From an uncultured candidate division Zixibacteria bacterium (GTDB taxonomy: Bacteria; Zixibacteria; MSB-5A5; UBA10806): a stretch of 64,000 nt of DNA. Of this stretch, positions 1 through 10,210 are shown piece after piece; position 1 is the stretch's first letter; each line of letters starts with the position of its first letter. The stretch is from contig CAWDFP010000006.1 of NCBI GenBank assembly GCA_963801605.1, positions 416,001-480,000 of the forward strand, given 5' to 3'. The notes under the pieces were generated by a model. It saw nothing but the letters and a program-made list of their open reading frames with translations, had not been told where the DNA came from and did no database searches. The position numbers were made by a program, and so were the translations under genes.

Positions 1-1
1 A

Positions 2-1009
2 GGGGAACCTCCTGTAGCGCCAATTACGAATACCGAGGCTCTCACACGCGGACCTGAACGAGTAGGCAACCTGCCGCCAGTTCTTGTACCTCCCGATAAT
101 CCTCAAACGCTGGAAAAGATTCTTCTGGGGAAAAAGCTTTATTACGACACCCGGCTTTCCAACGACAACACCATCAGTTGTGCCACTTGCCATGATCCGC
201 AGAAAGGCTGGTCTGATGCCGGACCCACCAGCGTAGGTATCAACGGTCAGCGCGGGGGACGGCGAGCGCCGCCGGTATCCAACTCCGCGCATAGCCCTCT
301 GCAGTTCTGGGATGGCCGGGCGCCAAGCTTAGAAGAGCAGGCCAAAGGGCCAATCGCCAACCCGATAGAGATGGGAAATACTCATGAAGTCATGATCAAA
401 ACCGTTAGCGGAATCCCAGGCTATGTAGCTGAGTTCAAGCAAGTCTTCGGAACATCGGAAATCGGTCTCGATCAGGTAGCCCAGGCTATTGCCGCCTATG
501 AGCGGACGATTGTCACCACTGATTCGCCGTTTGATAGATTCATTCAAGGCGATATTTCGTCACTTACGCCACAAGAGCGCAAGGGCCTCGAGGTTTTCAA
601 CGGTAAGGGGCACTGTACTGCATGCCATTGGGGAGGAAATTTCAGCGATGGGCGTTTCCATAACCTTGGGGTGATGCCCGCCGCCGGAGCCAAATTTGAC
701 GACGGCAGATATGCGGTTACCAAAAACCCAGCAGATAAGGGCAAATTTAAAACCCCGACGATCAGAGATGCAGCCCTTCGGGCGCCTTATCTTCATAATG
801 GTACGGAAAAATCCCTCGAGGATGTTGTAAGGCTCTACAACACCGGAGGCGGAAAGGACGGCGCCAATATTGATCCTCTCATGGTACCGTTGAATCTGTC
901 CGAAAGCGAGATTAAGGCGCTGGTAGCTTTTATGGATCGCGCCCTGATAAGCACCAACCCATCTGTGGCTAACGAAAAACCGATACCGCCCGATGAATTG
1001 CCAAAGTGA
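2..1009 (+). CDS. Diheme cytochrome c peroxidase (CCP/MauG family), 5' end outside the window
   Basis: The frame is open from base 2 (…PPDNPQTLEKILLGKKLYYDTRLS…). It has two heme motifs, CATCH and CTACH, plus QFWDGRA, FKTPT and APYLHNG. Confidence 0.92.
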   Translation, partial: GEPPVAPITNTEALTRGPERVGNLPPVLVPPDNPQTLEKILLGKKLYYDTRLSNDNTISCATCHDPQKGWSDAGPTSVGINGQRGGRRAPPVSNSAHSPLQFWDGRAPSLEEQAKGPIANPIEMGNTHEVMIKTVSGIPGYVAEFKQVFGTSEIGLDQVAQAIAAYERTIVTTDSPFDRFIQGDISSLTPQERKGLEVFNGKGHCTACHWGGNFSDGRFHNLGVMPAAGAKFDDGRYAVTKNPADKGKFKTPTIRDAALRAPYLHNGTEKSLEDVVRLYNTGGGKDGANIDPLMVPLNLSESEIKALVAFMDRALISTNPSVANEKPIPPDELPK

Positions 1010-1020
1010 GGAGAGGGAAA

Positions 1021-2280
1021 ATGAAAAAACTGCTTTGTGTTTTGCTCATATTTGCCGGGGTCCTTTGGCTGTTTCCCATTAATGGCCAGGCCATTCCGGC
1101 ATTTGCCAGAAAATATGGCTTTAATTGCAACATGTGCCACGTATCATTTGCAAAGCTAAATGATTTTGGCCAGCGCTTTAGAAATAACGGTTATCAGATT
1201 CCCGGCCGGGAGGGATTTGAGAAAAATGTATTCGAGGGCCCGCCGCCGCTGGCGTTGCGCACCTCGACAGGACTTCAGGCAGCACATTCGCAAGAAGCCA
1301 GTACGTCGGAATTAAAACTTATGGGGCTGGATCTTTTGTCGGCTGGAGTATTCCATAAAAATGTTTCTTACTTGCTCATCTACACTCCCCGGATCGATCA
1401 GCCGGCAGCGTCTTATCGTATTCCGGCGAGCGGAGAAAACCCGTCACAGACAGGTACTCTGCAATCGGCAAATGTGGTTTTCAGCAACATCATAAACTCA
1501 GCGCTTAATGTTCGGTTGGGTGCCTTCGAACCGGCCTATCATACTATAAGCTCCAAGAGATCATACTATCTATCAGAACCCTATGAGATCTATGCCTTTC
1601 CCGCGCCATCGGGGTTTGTTTTCGATGATAACCAGATCGCTGTGGAGGCAACGGGGCATTTCAGGAACGGATTCAAGTATGGAGCAGGCGTAACCAATGG
1701 GACCGGGCTTAATCCGGACAATAATAAATTCAAAGACGTTTACCTGACTCTTTCGCAAGTAATCGGCCGGGGAGACGGTCAAAGCTCGGGACAGAGAATA
1801 GATTTATTTGGGTACGCGGGTTGGCTACCAACAGTTTTCTCCGTGATCGATTCCTTGCATCCGTTAACCAACGCCGTTGGGAGTGGTAATAAGGCTTTCA
1901 GACGACTTGGCGGCAGTATCAGCCTTAATTATGCGCCCTTTGGCTTTAGCACTTTGTTTATGCAGGGCGTCGATAATAAGGCATTCAATTTCGCCGACAG
2001 TACCAAAGATTATAAATACACAGGCGGATTCGCTCAGCTTGATTATTACGGCTTAATCAACAACCGTTTGCTTGTATCCGCATTGTATAACTGGGTTCAA
2101 CCGCCAAGTTATAACAACGTTAATAAGGTTACTGCCATTTCCGGACTGGTTAGATATTATCTTGGAGATTGGACCGCGGTTAATGTCGCCTTGCATGCTG
2201 AATATACGCATCGTCAAACCGGCAAAATTAATCCCTTAAAAGAGGATATTGTAACCGCTATGGTTGATTTTGCATTTTAG
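1021..2280 (+). CDS. Monoheme cytochrome c fused to an outer-membrane beta-barrel (Cyc2-like)
   Basis: Signal peptide, then AIPAFARKYGFNCNMCH…KLNDFGQRFRNNGY, then amphipathic beta-strand-like sequence ending in Phe (VDFAF). RBS GAGGAGAGGG lies before ATG 1021. Confidence 0.75.
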   Translation: MKKLLCVLLIFAGVLWLFPINGQAIPAFARKYGFNCNMCHVSFAKLNDFGQRFRNNGYQIPGREGFEKNVFEGPPPLALRTSTGLQAAHSQEASTSELKLMGLDLLSAGVFHKNVSYLLIYTPRIDQPAASYRIPASGENPSQTGTLQSANVVFSNIINSALNVRLGAFEPAYHTISSKRSYYLSEPYEIYAFPAPSGFVFDDNQIAVEATGHFRNGFKYGAGVTNGTGLNPDNNKFKDVYLTLSQVIGRGDGQSSGQRIDLFGYAGWLPTVFSVIDSLHPLTNAVGSGNKAFRRLGGSISLNYAPFGFSTLFMQGVDNKAFNFADSTKDYKYTGGFAQLDYYGLINNRLLVSALYNWVQPPSYNNVNKVTAISGLVRYYLGDWTAVNVALHAEYTHRQTGKINPLKEDIVTAMVDFAF

Positions 2281-2339
2281 AAGCTGCTTTCAATTGTGGG
2301 TTGTATTCTCGTAGCAGCAAACCAGCATGGAGTTATTTT

Positions 2340-2377
2340 GGGCGCCGAAATTGGGATTTCGGCGCCTCTAATTTTTA
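2340..2377 (+). terminator. Intrinsic terminator between convergent genes
   Basis: GGCGCCGAAAT-tggg-ATTTCGGCGCC hairpin followed by a T-rich tract. Confidence 0.7.
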
Positions 2378-2417
2378 AACTATAAAATTTGCCGTAAGAA
2401 TAATCGGAAAAATGTAA

Positions 2418-3563
2418 TTAGATTGAGCTTTTTACGGATTCGATAAATTTAACTATCTCATCAAGCCCGTTATAGAAATGAGGCGACACCCTGACTGCGC
2501 CCTCGCGATAGCTAACTACAAAACCCTCGAATGTCAGCCTGTCAAACAGGGCCTTAGAATTTGACGACTTAAATGTTACGATCCCCGAACGACGTTGCGG
2601 ATCAGTTGAAGAAATAAGGATCAGTTTGGGTTCCGATAATATATAATCGATCAGCCGGGAATTAAGCGACTTGATATGCGTCCAAATATCCTCCGGGCCA
2701 AAGGATCTCAACATATCAAGCGCGGCATTAAGCGCGCGCCAATCCTGGAAGGCGTAGGTACCGATCTCATACTTGGCGGGCCCTTCACGAGGGACCAGGT
2801 CGTAGCGAAGCAGATTGCTGAACTCGGCGTGCCACTCGACACTTAACCATCCGGAGTATGGCGGTTCAATAAGCTTCTCGGCCTTTTCGGAGATATAATA
2901 AAATCCGGTGCCGCACGGGCCAAACATCCATTTCTGGCAGCCGCTGGTAAAGAAATCAATATGGTTCGAGGGAACATCAAGCGGTACCACACCCAACCCC
3001 TGGATACCATCGACTGAAAACAGAATATCATGCGATGTGCAGAACTCGCCAAGCTTTTCCAAGTCAACTCTGTAGCCGTTATTGAACTGCACCCAACTGG
3101 TGTGGATCAGGCGTGTCTTGTTGTCCGCGACAGCTATCAACGCGTCTTCATCAATAAATCCGTTGTCGGTTTTGGCGAAACGAATCTCCACACCTTTGTT
3201 CCGGAGACGCAGCCAGGGATAGACGCTGGCCGGAAATTCGCATTCGGAGATAACAAGATTGTCGCCCTCGCGCCACGGTAGTCCAGAGGCCGGGATATTC
3301 ATACCGAAGGTTGTATGGGGCGCCAGGCCAATGCGCACCGATTTTGCCCCGATAAAGTCAGCCAGTTTGGATCGGACTTCCTCGAAAATGCGAAACGATT
3401 CAGGGTCGTGATTATGAGCGGTTTTCTGCCAGCTATCGAAAAATTTCTCAAAAGCATCTCTGACCGGAATCGCCAGGGGCGAGTGCGAGGCGTGGTTGAG
3501 AAATGTCACGCCTTTATCGAAAACAAAGTAAGAGCGGGCGCGCTCCAGATCATATCGGCTCAT
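2418..3563 (-). CDS. Class V PLP-dependent aminotransferase/lyase (cysteine desulfurase-like fold)
   Basis: FLNHASHSP, VDGIQGLG, SGCQKWMFGPCG (PLP lysine) and RVSPHFYN. No obvious C-terminal catalytic Cys loop. Confidence 0.85.
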   Translation of the reverse strand: MSRYDLERARSYFVFDKGVTFLNHASHSPLAIPVRDAFEKFFDSWQKTAHNHDPESFRIFEEVRSKLADFIGAKSVRIGLAPHTTFGMNIPASGLPWREGDNLVISECEFPASVYPWLRLRNKGVEIRFAKTDNGFIDEDALIAVADNKTRLIHTSWVQFNNGYRVDLEKLGEFCTSHDILFSVDGIQGLGVVPLDVPSNHIDFFTSGCQKWMFGPCGTGFYYISEKAEKLIEPPYSGWLSVEWHAEFSNLLRYDLVPREGPAKYEIGTYAFQDWRALNAALDMLRSFGPEDIWTHIKSLNSRLIDYILSEPKLILISSTDPQRRSGIVTFKSSNSKALFDRLTFEGFVVSYREGAVRVSPHFYNGLDEIVKFIESVKSSI

Positions 3564-4541
3564 AACCAGCCATGCTCCTTGTACCAGGCGATAGTTTCCT
3601 CGGCGCCAACCCTAAAATCGGTACCGATAAATCCCATGTCCTGTTCGATTTTCGAGGTATCAAATAACCAGAATTTCGAAAGTATCTCCCGTACCTTGTC
3701 TTGAGTAAACATAGCGGGCTTACCAAAAAGCTTCGCAAACCCCTCAGAAGTTTTTCCCGCCAGGACTCAAAACCGGCCCGGGAACTCGCAAATTGAATGT
3801 TTTCTTTTTTAGAATTTGGGCAATTATATCTGAGGCCTCGCTATAGGAATAAGATCTTTTCTCGGCCACAAAATAGATACTTCCCGATGGTACTTTGGAT
3901 GAAATCGCTTTTACAACAGCATCCGCCAGATCTTTTACATAAGTGAAATTGATGTAATTCTCGCCGCTTCCAAAATGCGGTTTAACGCCAAGTTTGATCG
4001 CCTTAAAAAAGGAGTACATTTCCTGATCGCGCGGGCCATAGACAGCACAGGGTCGAAGAACTACTGACGGGATACTATCCTTTTGAGCAAGCACCGCCAT
4101 TTCGCCCGCGAGCTTGGAGCGGCCGTAGGCAGTTAGCGGCCCGGGAGGATGTTCTTCATTAATGGGATAATTATCGGGCGACGGCCCGCTGGCCGCAGTC
4201 GATGAAATATGGATCAGTTTCGAAATTCCGGGGTTGCATTGCTTTATAGCCGAAAGAATATTCTCGGTGCCGCCGCAATTGACTCGCTGGAAATCATCTG
4301 GATTAATCGCTTTTACCAGGCCGGCGTTATTAATTATAACCCTGACGCCTGTCACGGCTGCGAGTAGAGAAGGGGCATCGTTTAGATCGCCATAGATAAG
4401 TTTCAACGGCAAGTCTTTGATATTGGTCAGATCGGATGTTTTTCGCACCAGGGCTCTGACACTAAAACCGGCCTTAATCAGGGCTTCACAAATATGCGAG
4501 CCAACGAATCCATTGGCACCTGTCACCAGCACTTCATCCAT
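3560..4541 (-). CDS. NAD-dependent epimerase/dehydratase (extended SDR), candidate ceramide reductase CerR; one frameshift near 3763
   Basis: TGANGFVG and YGRSK motifs. Removing one base near 3763 gives …SLAGKTSEGFAKLFGKPAMFTQDKVRE…TIAWYKEHGWL*, with the stop overlapping the next ATG (ATGA). Confidence 0.8.
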
Positions 4542-4555
4542 CGGCCTTTATCTCC

Positions 4556-4584
4556 TTGACAACAAAGCCCCGGTAGGGTAACTT
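4556..4584 (+). promoter_or_regulatory. Sigma70-type promoter for the spt operon
   Basis: TTGACA-17 bp-TAACTT in the 117-bp divergent spacer. Confidence 0.55.
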
Positions 4585-4658
4585 TTTATTTTTGGCGGGT
4601 ATAAGGTATGCTACTTCCTGACCCGTTGCAAGTTGATATTGTTGTTTTGGAGAATTGA

Positions 4659-5840
4659 ATGGATTTATTCGAGAAATGTAGGAATTTTGAAGCGGCTAAG
4701 GAAGTAGAGGCTGCGGGGCTGTATCCGTATTTCAGGCAAATATCATCGCTTCCCAGCACTGTCGTGATAGCTGAGGGTAAAGAAGTGATAATGATCGGCT
4801 CCAATAATTATCTGGGTCTGACCGATCATCCGTTAGTCATCGAGGAGATTCATAAGGCGGTTGATAAATACGGCTCGGGCTGCACAGGCTCACGCTTTTT
4901 AAACGGAACGCTCGATATCCATGTCAAGCTCGAGGAAGAACTGGCCGAATTTATGCAAAAGGAGGCGGTTCTCGTTTTCTCCACCGGCTTTCAAACCAAC
5001 CAGGGCACTATCGCCACAATAGTCGGAAAAGACGATATCATCTTTGGTGACCGCTCCAACCACGCATCAATTGTCGACGGATGCCGGCTTTCCTTCGGAG
5101 AGCTGAAAAAATATCGTCACAACGACATGGCCGAGCTTTCCGGAATATTGGATCGTAACAATCATGCCCGTGCCAAGCTCATTGTAACGGACGGTGTTTT
5201 CTCCATGGAAGGCGATATCGCCGATTTGCCGGAAATCACTCGTTTGGCGCACAAGCATGAAGCCCGCGTGATGGTCGATGACGCTCACAGTATCGGGGTG
5301 TTAGGCGAACACGGACGCGGCACCGCCGAGCATTTCCATCTTGAAGATAAAGTCGATATCATCATGGGGACCTTTTCCAAATCATTTGCTTCGTTGGGCG
5401 GTTTTATTGCTGCCGATGAGGAAGTGATTCACTATATCAAGCATTTTTCTCGGGCGCTGATTTTCTCGGCCTCGCCGCCGCCGGCTGCGGTAGCGGCAGT
5501 ACGGGCTTCGCTTCGAATCCTGAAAGCCGAGCCGGAGAGACGGGAAAGACTCTGGCAGATAACTCATCGGATGCACCGCGAATTTAAGGCGATGGGTTAT
5601 GATATCGGAACCACTCAGACTCCGATAGTACCATTGGTGATTGGCGATGATATGAAGACGTTCGCCTTCTGGAAAGCCTTAACCGAGGCCGGTCTATTTA
5701 CCAATCCCATCGTATCTCCTGCGGTTCCTCCGGGACAAGCCTTAATTAGGACCAGCTATACGGCCACGCACACCGATGCGCAACTTGATAGAGTTTTACA
5801 GGTATTCTGCGATATCGGTAAAAAATTCGGAATAATTTAG
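4659..5840 (+). CDS. spt: Serine palmitoyltransferase-like alpha-oxoamine synthase
   Basis: GLYPYFR N-terminus, GSNNYLGL, NHASI, DDAHSIG and PLP motif GTFSKS (Spt-type). Adjacent to a bCerS-like gene. Confidence 0.8.
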   Translation: MDLFEKCRNFEAAKEVEAAGLYPYFRQISSLPSTVVIAEGKEVIMIGSNNYLGLTDHPLVIEEIHKAVDKYGSGCTGSRFLNGTLDIHVKLEEELAEFMQKEAVLVFSTGFQTNQGTIATIVGKDDIIFGDRSNHASIVDGCRLSFGELKKYRHNDMAELSGILDRNNHARAKLIVTDGVFSMEGDIADLPEITRLAHKHEARVMVDDAHSIGVLGEHGRGTAEHFHLEDKVDIIMGTFSKSFASLGGFIAADEEVIHYIKHFSRALIFSASPPPAAVAAVRASLRILKAEPERRERLWQITHRMHREFKAMGYDIGTTQTPIVPLVIGDDMKTFAFWKALTEAGLFTNPIVSPAVPPGQALIRTSYTATHTDAQLDRVLQVFCDIGKKFGII

Positions 5841-5841
5841 A

Positions 5842-6969
5842 ATGGCCGAAATCCAGATCCGTGAGATCGGGAGCCAGGGCGACTTGATGAAATTCATCAG
5901 GTTTCCGAACAAGCTCTATCAAAACGAGAAATATTTTGTGCCCTATTTGACAGTCGATCGAAAAAGGTTTTTCGATAAAAAGATCAACCCCTTTTTCGAA
6001 CATTCCCGCGTGGCATTCTATCTTGCTTATAGGGACGGCAAGCTTGTCGGGCGTATCTCCGCGATTATAAACGATCTTCACAACCAATATCATAACGAGA
6101 AAATCGGGTTTTTCGGATTTTTCGACTGTATCGACGATCTCGAGGTAGCCTCGGCGCTAATGGGCGCGGCGGAGAAGTTCGTTAAAAAAGAAGGGATGGA
6201 GATTCTTCGCGGGCCGATGAATTTTTCCACCAATGATGAGATCGGCCTTTTGGTCGAGGGTTTCGATTCTTATCCGTGCTTCATGATGACCTGGAATCCC
6301 CCATATTATATCCCTCTGTATGAAAAGCTGGGCCTAACTAAGATCGAGGATGTGCTGGCATATTATATCGATGACTCCAATCCGCCGTCAGAACGAATCA
6401 AGCATATCGTAGAGAAGATCAAAACCAGAAGCCGGATTACTCTTCGCACTATCAATATGAAGGATTTTGAAAACGAGCTTGAACTCGTCAGGGTAATCTA
6501 CAACGCCGCCTGGAGTAAAAACTGGGGTTTTGTCCCGATGACGCCGGCCGAGTTCCAGTATCTCGCTCATGATTTTCAGAAGATTATTGAACCAAAACTG
6601 GTTATCCTGGCTTTTGTCGATGGCGAGCCGGCGGGATTTTCGCTTGCCATGCCCGATTATAATCCAGTCTTTAAAAAAATGAATGGCCGCATGTACCCAT
6701 TTGGATTCTTAAAATTCCTCTACTACACCAAAGTTAATAAGCTTATGACAGGCGCTCGGATTCTGACTCTGGGCATCGTGCACAAATACCAGAAAATCGG
6801 ACTCGATATGGTCCTCTTCTATGAGACCTTCGTTAAAGGGCCGAGTTGCGGCTATCACTGGGGAGAAATGTCCTGGATTTTGGAACGCAACGTGCTCATG
6901 AACAAGGCTGCTGTTGATATGGGCGGACGGCCCTATAAGAGATATCGCATTTTCGACAAGACAATTTAG
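5842..6969 (+). CDS. GNAT-fold acyltransferase resembling bacterial ceramide synthase (bCerS)
   Basis: NPFFEH, GRISA, GFFGFFDC, RGPMNFSTNDEIGLLVEGF, WNPPYY and AWSKNWGFVP. Starts 1 bp after the spt stop. Confidence 0.75.
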   Translation: MAEIQIREIGSQGDLMKFIRFPNKLYQNEKYFVPYLTVDRKRFFDKKINPFFEHSRVAFYLAYRDGKLVGRISAIINDLHNQYHNEKIGFFGFFDCIDDLEVASALMGAAEKFVKKEGMEILRGPMNFSTNDEIGLLVEGFDSYPCFMMTWNPPYYIPLYEKLGLTKIEDVLAYYIDDSNPPSERIKHIVEKIKTRSRITLRTINMKDFENELELVRVIYNAAWSKNWGFVPMTPAEFQYLAHDFQKIIEPKLVILAFVDGEPAGFSLAMPDYNPVFKKMNGRMYPFGFLKFLYYTKVNKLMTGARILTLGIVHKYQKIGLDMVLFYETFVKGPSCGYHWGEMSWILERNVLMNKAAVDMGGRPYKRYRIFDKTI

Positions 6970-7138
6970 AACTCATCAATATTCGACGCGTACCACCCCG
7001 GTAAATAAATAATTCTTATTGAAACGCATTTTTAATAGCGCTAATGCACTTTCTTTTCCCTTGCCCGAATTCAATTTTGTAGCTAATTTCAAACCTGATT
7101 ATAAGATATGCGTGAGACGTGATAAAGGGAGAATGACA

Positions 7139-9247
7139 ATGGCACTATCGCTGGATAATATCTTCAGGCCCAAATCTATAGCGGTCGTGGGCGCCTCAAC
7201 AAAAGAGGGCACTATCGGATATGTCATCCTGAATAATCTCTTGCGATATAATTATCGCGGCAAAATTTACCCGATAAATCCCAAAGCTGATATGATTGGC
7301 AACCTCAAATGCTACAAGAGCGTCCTGGACATCCCTGAAGAGGTCGATCTGGCCGTTATCGTGGTCTCCCGCGACCTGGTTAAACCGTCTCTCGAAGAGT
7401 GCGGCCAAAAAGGAATTAAGGGCATAGTCACAATAACCGCCGGATTCAAGGAAATCGGCGGCGAGGGGATCGCTAAGGAAAATGAACTGATGGAAATCGT
7501 TCACCGTTACAATATGCGCATGGTCGGCCCCAACTGCTATGGGATGGTAAATACCGATCAGGCCTATTCGCTAAACGGGACCTTTTCGAAACTAAATCCT
7601 CTTCGCGGCAAGGTGGCTTTTCTATCGCAATCGGGCGCGCTTGGAGAGGTGGTGCTCGATTACACCAATCGTCTGAATTTGGGTATCTCGATGTTCGTTT
7701 CGATCGGCAATAAGGCTGATATTTCCGATATCGACGTACTTAAATACTGGCAGGACGATCCCAATACCCAGGTCATCCTGATTTATATGGAAAATATTGA
7801 GAATGCCCCGGAGCTTATTCGAATTTCCAAAGAGATCAGTAAGAAAAAGCCAATGGTGGCTGTCAAGGCTGGGAGGACTGAGTCGGGGGCACGCGCTATC
7901 AGTTCACATACGGGCGTTTTGGCAGGCGGTGATGTCGGCACAGGCGCCTTTCTCGATAAATGCGGTATTCTACGCGCAGCCTCTATTGACGAGATGTTTG
8001 ATATGGCCATGGCTTTTTCTAATCAGCCGCTCCTTAAGGGCGATAGAATTGCGGTCATTACCAATGCTGGAGGTCCGGGTATTCTGGCTACCGATGCTGT
8101 CGAAAGCCTGGGGCTGAAGATGGCTCGTTTCGAGAAAAACACGATTGAATATCTTCGCGCTAACCTTCTTCCAATGGCAGCGGTAAATAATCCTATCGAT
8201 GTTATAGCCTCAGGGGGCCCAGATGCTTATGCTGCTGCAACCCAGGCAGCACTATTGGACCCCAATGTTGATGGCTTGATTGTAGTTTTTGTTCCGCCAA
8301 TACTGGTTGACCACAAAGCTGTTATAAATGCGGTTATCGACAAAGTTGAAAAACACGCTAATGGAAAAACTGTCCTTTCCTGCTTGATGGGCTCGCCGAG
8401 CGGCATTGCCGGAACTGAAGATTTAATTGCTCATAATATACCGGTTTATGCCTTCCCCGAGGGGGCGGCGCGCGGGATGAGCGCTTTGTGGCAATACCGA
8501 AAGCTTCGGGAGCGATCCGATGATGCCCCGAAAATGTTCGATGCCAACCGCAAATGCGTCAACGATATTATCGATTCGGCTAAATCGGCGGGCCGCAAGA
8601 TTATCATGGGGCCTGAGGCGATGGCGATTCTCGAAGCTTATGGCGTTGGGGCAGCCGTATCGGCCAAAATAAAATCTATTTCGGAGCTTGAGACTGCGCT
8701 TGGCAAACTGCGACTTCCGATTGTAATGAAAATTGACGACCCCTCGGTTGTGCATAAGACTGATATGGGAGGGGTGATTCTCAATATCTCAACCAAAGAG
8801 GCCGCCCGCGAGGCGTTCGAAACCATGCGCAAGAGATTCGGCGGCGAACGGGGCGAGATTGCGGGGATCATGATTCAAGAGATGGTCAAAGGGGGCTTAG
8901 AGACGATTATCGGACTGAGCCGCGACCCGTCAGTAGGCGCTCTCATGATGTTCGGGTTAGGTGGGGTAAGCGTTGAGATAATGAAGGATGTCGCCTTTAA
9001 GGTTGCGCCACTTACGAGAACCGAGGCCGGCGAAATGATCAGATCGGTTAAGGGTTATCGGCTTCTTTCGGGATTCCGAGGCGCGCCCGCGGCAAATATC
9101 AAGATTCTTGAGGAAACTATCCTTCGTCTATCACAACTGACTTGTGATTTTCCCGAAATTGAATCGTTCGATGTAAATCCCTTCATCGTTAAGCCCGATG
9201 GCGAGATATCGGCGGCAGTTGACGCTCGTTTTGTGTTGAAGAGCTAA
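7139..9247 (+). CDS. NDP-forming acyl/acetate-CoA synthetase (fused alpha-beta, ATP-grasp)
   Basis: IAVVGAS CoA-binding domain, GPNCYG, SQSGAL, SIGNKAD, SHTG (phospho-His), HKTDMGGV. RBS AAGGGAG precedes ATG 7139. Confidence 0.9.
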   Translation: MALSLDNIFRPKSIAVVGASTKEGTIGYVILNNLLRYNYRGKIYPINPKADMIGNLKCYKSVLDIPEEVDLAVIVVSRDLVKPSLEECGQKGIKGIVTITAGFKEIGGEGIAKENELMEIVHRYNMRMVGPNCYGMVNTDQAYSLNGTFSKLNPLRGKVAFLSQSGALGEVVLDYTNRLNLGISMFVSIGNKADISDIDVLKYWQDDPNTQVILIYMENIENAPELIRISKEISKKKPMVAVKAGRTESGARAISSHTGVLAGGDVGTGAFLDKCGILRAASIDEMFDMAMAFSNQPLLKGDRIAVITNAGGPGILATDAVESLGLKMARFEKNTIEYLRANLLPMAAVNNPIDVIASGGPDAYAAATQAALLDPNVDGLIVVFVPPILVDHKAVINAVIDKVEKHANGKTVLSCLMGSPSGIAGTEDLIAHNIPVYAFPEGAARGMSALWQYRKLRERSDDAPKMFDANRKCVNDIIDSAKSAGRKIIMGPEAMAILEAYGVGAAVSAKIKSISELETALGKLRLPIVMKIDDPSVVHKTDMGGVILNISTKEAAREAFETMRKRFGGERGEIAGIMIQEMVKGGLETIIGLSRDPSVGALMMFGLGGVSVEIMKDVAFKVAPLTRTEAGEMIRSVKGYRLLSGFRGAPAANIKILEETILRLSQLTCDFPEIESFDVNPFIVKPDGEISAAVDARFVLKS

Positions 9248-9428
9248 TTGTAGTTTTTTCCATAAAGTTTTACCTGGGGACCAGAAAATGTTCAAGTTCC
9301 CGGGTTTATTGCCGTCTATACTTCTGTTTTAACAATTTCCCTTGCCGGAATATCAAAAGAGATGATATTATCTAAGCAAAGCGATCAGAGTTGGTTGAAT
9401 GCGTTTTATTATTTTGAACGGGGGTTTT

Positions 9429-10190
9429 ATGGTTAGAGACACTTCCGATTGGTGGACAAGATTTTTCCCCGAGTTTCGTCCGGTGTTCGATATCATCCCG
9501 GCCAAACTCACCAATGCAGAAGCGGATTATATCACAAAAAAGCTTAATCTATCCCCTGGTAAGAAATTTCTCGATTGTCCCTGTGGTATTGGGAGAATCT
9601 CAATTCCCCTGGCAAAAAAAGGCATTAAACTTACCGGCGTTGATATCACTCCAATATATTTAGATGAACTGGCTCAAAAAGCGGCAAGGATGGGTTTGAA
9701 AATTAATCTCGTTCAGCGCGATATGAGGAGAATCGATTTTGACTCAGTATTCGATGGCGCCGGTAACCTTTGGACGTCGTTGGGCTATTTTCCCAAGGAA
9801 TCGGATAATCTTCTGGTATTAAAGAAGATTTTTCGCGCTCTTAAGCCTGGCGGCAAGTTTATGCTTCATATAATCAATCGCGATTGGGTTGTAAGAAATT
9901 ATAGAGCTAACGATTGGTTTGAAATCAGGGGGGTTAAAGTATTCGAACAGCGCCGAATGGATCTCAGTAATTCCGTAAGCGATTCAATCTGGCACTATCT
10001 AAAGGATGGTAAGGAAACAATATGCCGGCTGGGAATCAGGATGTATTCCTATCACGAAATACTTGAGATGATGAGGCGAGCCGGTTTTGTTAATATCGAA
10101 GGATTCGGGTCAATGAAAGATGAGCCTGTAAGCTGGGATCATCGAATGATGTTTGTAATCGGCGCCAAGCCAGGAAAAGCCCGACGCTGA
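9429..10190 (+). CDS. Class I SAM-dependent methyltransferase
   Basis: FLDCPCGIGR motif I, DMRRI, WTSLGYF and LKPGGKF. Confidence 0.85.
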   Translation: MVRDTSDWWTRFFPEFRPVFDIIPAKLTNAEADYITKKLNLSPGKKFLDCPCGIGRISIPLAKKGIKLTGVDITPIYLDELAQKAARMGLKINLVQRDMRRIDFDSVFDGAGNLWTSLGYFPKESDNLLVLKKIFRALKPGGKFMLHIINRDWVVRNYRANDWFEIRGVKVFEQRRMDLSNSVSDSIWHYLKDGKETICRLGIRMYSYHEILEMMRRAGFVNIEGFGSMKDEPVSWDHRMMFVIGAKPGKARR

Positions 10191-10210
10191 CCATATAACT
10201 GATTTAGCCT

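Noticed and set aside
4659..5840. Annotation as bioF or kbl
   Set aside because: No bio or tdh genes nearby; the GTFSKS motif and bCerS/CerR-like neighbours favour Spt. Not excluded without a tree.
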